From the NCBI GenBank assembly GCA_030141605.1, contig JAQGDQ010001013.1, positions 27,763-70,391 of the forward strand: 42,629 nucleotides of DNA. Reading direction: 5' to 3'. Shown piece after piece: positions 41,569 to 42,629 of the stretch; positions within the stretch are counted from its first letter, which is position 1; each line of letters starts with the position of its first letter. The notes under the pieces are model-generated. The model searched no databases. It was given only the letters and a program-made list of their open reading frames with translations, and was not told the origin of the DNA. This DNA comes from Tubiluchus corallicola. Its lineage: Eukaryota > Animalia > Priapulida. The position numbers and the translations under genes are program-made.

Positions 41569-42502
41569 ATATTAATATATTAATATAATATACTAATATG
41601 TAGCTGTTACGTAGGTACACCAATTAATCATTACAGATCAAATGAGACAGTGAACTGAGTGAGGAATTTTGCATGAAAGCGGCGTTAAGCAAGGTGGTGT
41701 CCTTGTTACTCTGCAGAATGGACGAAAAATCAGAGCTATTGAGGCTTTCGAATAAATCTTTCTGGAATCTGTATAGAAACATCTTTCTTTGCAACAACAT
41801 TGAAACAATATAATTAGAGAATTATAATTTTTTTGGTTCATACTTGCTGCGATATAAGAAAGTCGTTTAAATCTAAGATGGAATGGAATCCTAGCATGCT
41901 GCATAGTACCTTATTCATAAGGAATATTAGTTTAAACATAATTTATTATAGGATTGGATCAGGCAGTTTGTACAACATGATTTAAGATCCTCACCATAAC
42001 AGACTTTATACACTATTTACAAGAACATTTACAGTAAGAATAAACTATACTTAGTTTTCAGTATACTTTAGTATACTAAAGTTTTATTACAGTGATACAT
42101 TAGACATTAGTAAAAAATGACGGTTAGTAAATATTAATGTACGATTATTTAAGAATGATGCATTTTATATCAGATAGAAACTGCTGGAAGCGTTTAGTAC
42201 GTAATATAAAGTCATGTATACATTGGAATATTTTACAGTTAGTAACAAAGTTAAATTCATTTTTTCCGAATAATAACAACTTCAACAGATCATTATTTCC
42301 TAAGACAGCTATATTAAGGTTTTCGGGCAGAAGTATTGCGTTTAGTTTATCAAACATAACTACCCTAGCTAGTTGATGTAATGGGCAATTCATAAGGAAT
42401 ATGCTTTGATTCGTGTCGAGTTTTGACTAATGTAACAGTAATGTACTAATGTAAAGTAATAGAAGCTGAAATTTGTGAATATTAGGTTTGTCTTCTTGCT
42501 CA

Positions 42503-42589
<87 letters not shown>

Positions 42590-42629
42590 CCCGCTCTCTC
42601 TCTCTTTTTCTCTCTCTCTCTCTCACTCA

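Overview
AT-rich, repeat-laden eukaryotic DNA with spliceosomal GT-AG genes, probably from an invertebrate animal; it is not prokaryotic. Bases 1-8.9 kb hold simple repeats and a 3-exon CD225/dispanin (IFITM/PRRT-like) gene. The rest is one giant inverted duplication: left arm ~8994-24382, unique spacer 24383-26989, right arm 26990 to the window end. Each arm carries two paralogous leucine-rich-repeat (LRR) genes pointing toward the centre. LRR-A is a complete single-pass membrane protein in both arms. LRR-B has its 5' exons and 499-bp LRR exon duplicated in both arms, but its terminal LRRCT + mucin-repeat exon exists only once, in the spacer on the minus strand, and is cut at the palindrome junction. 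The two LRR-B exon copies differ at 9 amino acids, while the adjacent ~635 bp of intron looks identical. This 'two variable exons, one shared constant exon on a potentially invertible spacer' layout is the most interesting feature. An assembly or haplotype artefact must still be excluded. The arms also record MITE, SINE, LINE and solo-LTR insertions, patchy homogenisation and repeat-length changes. All alignments and counts were done by eye.
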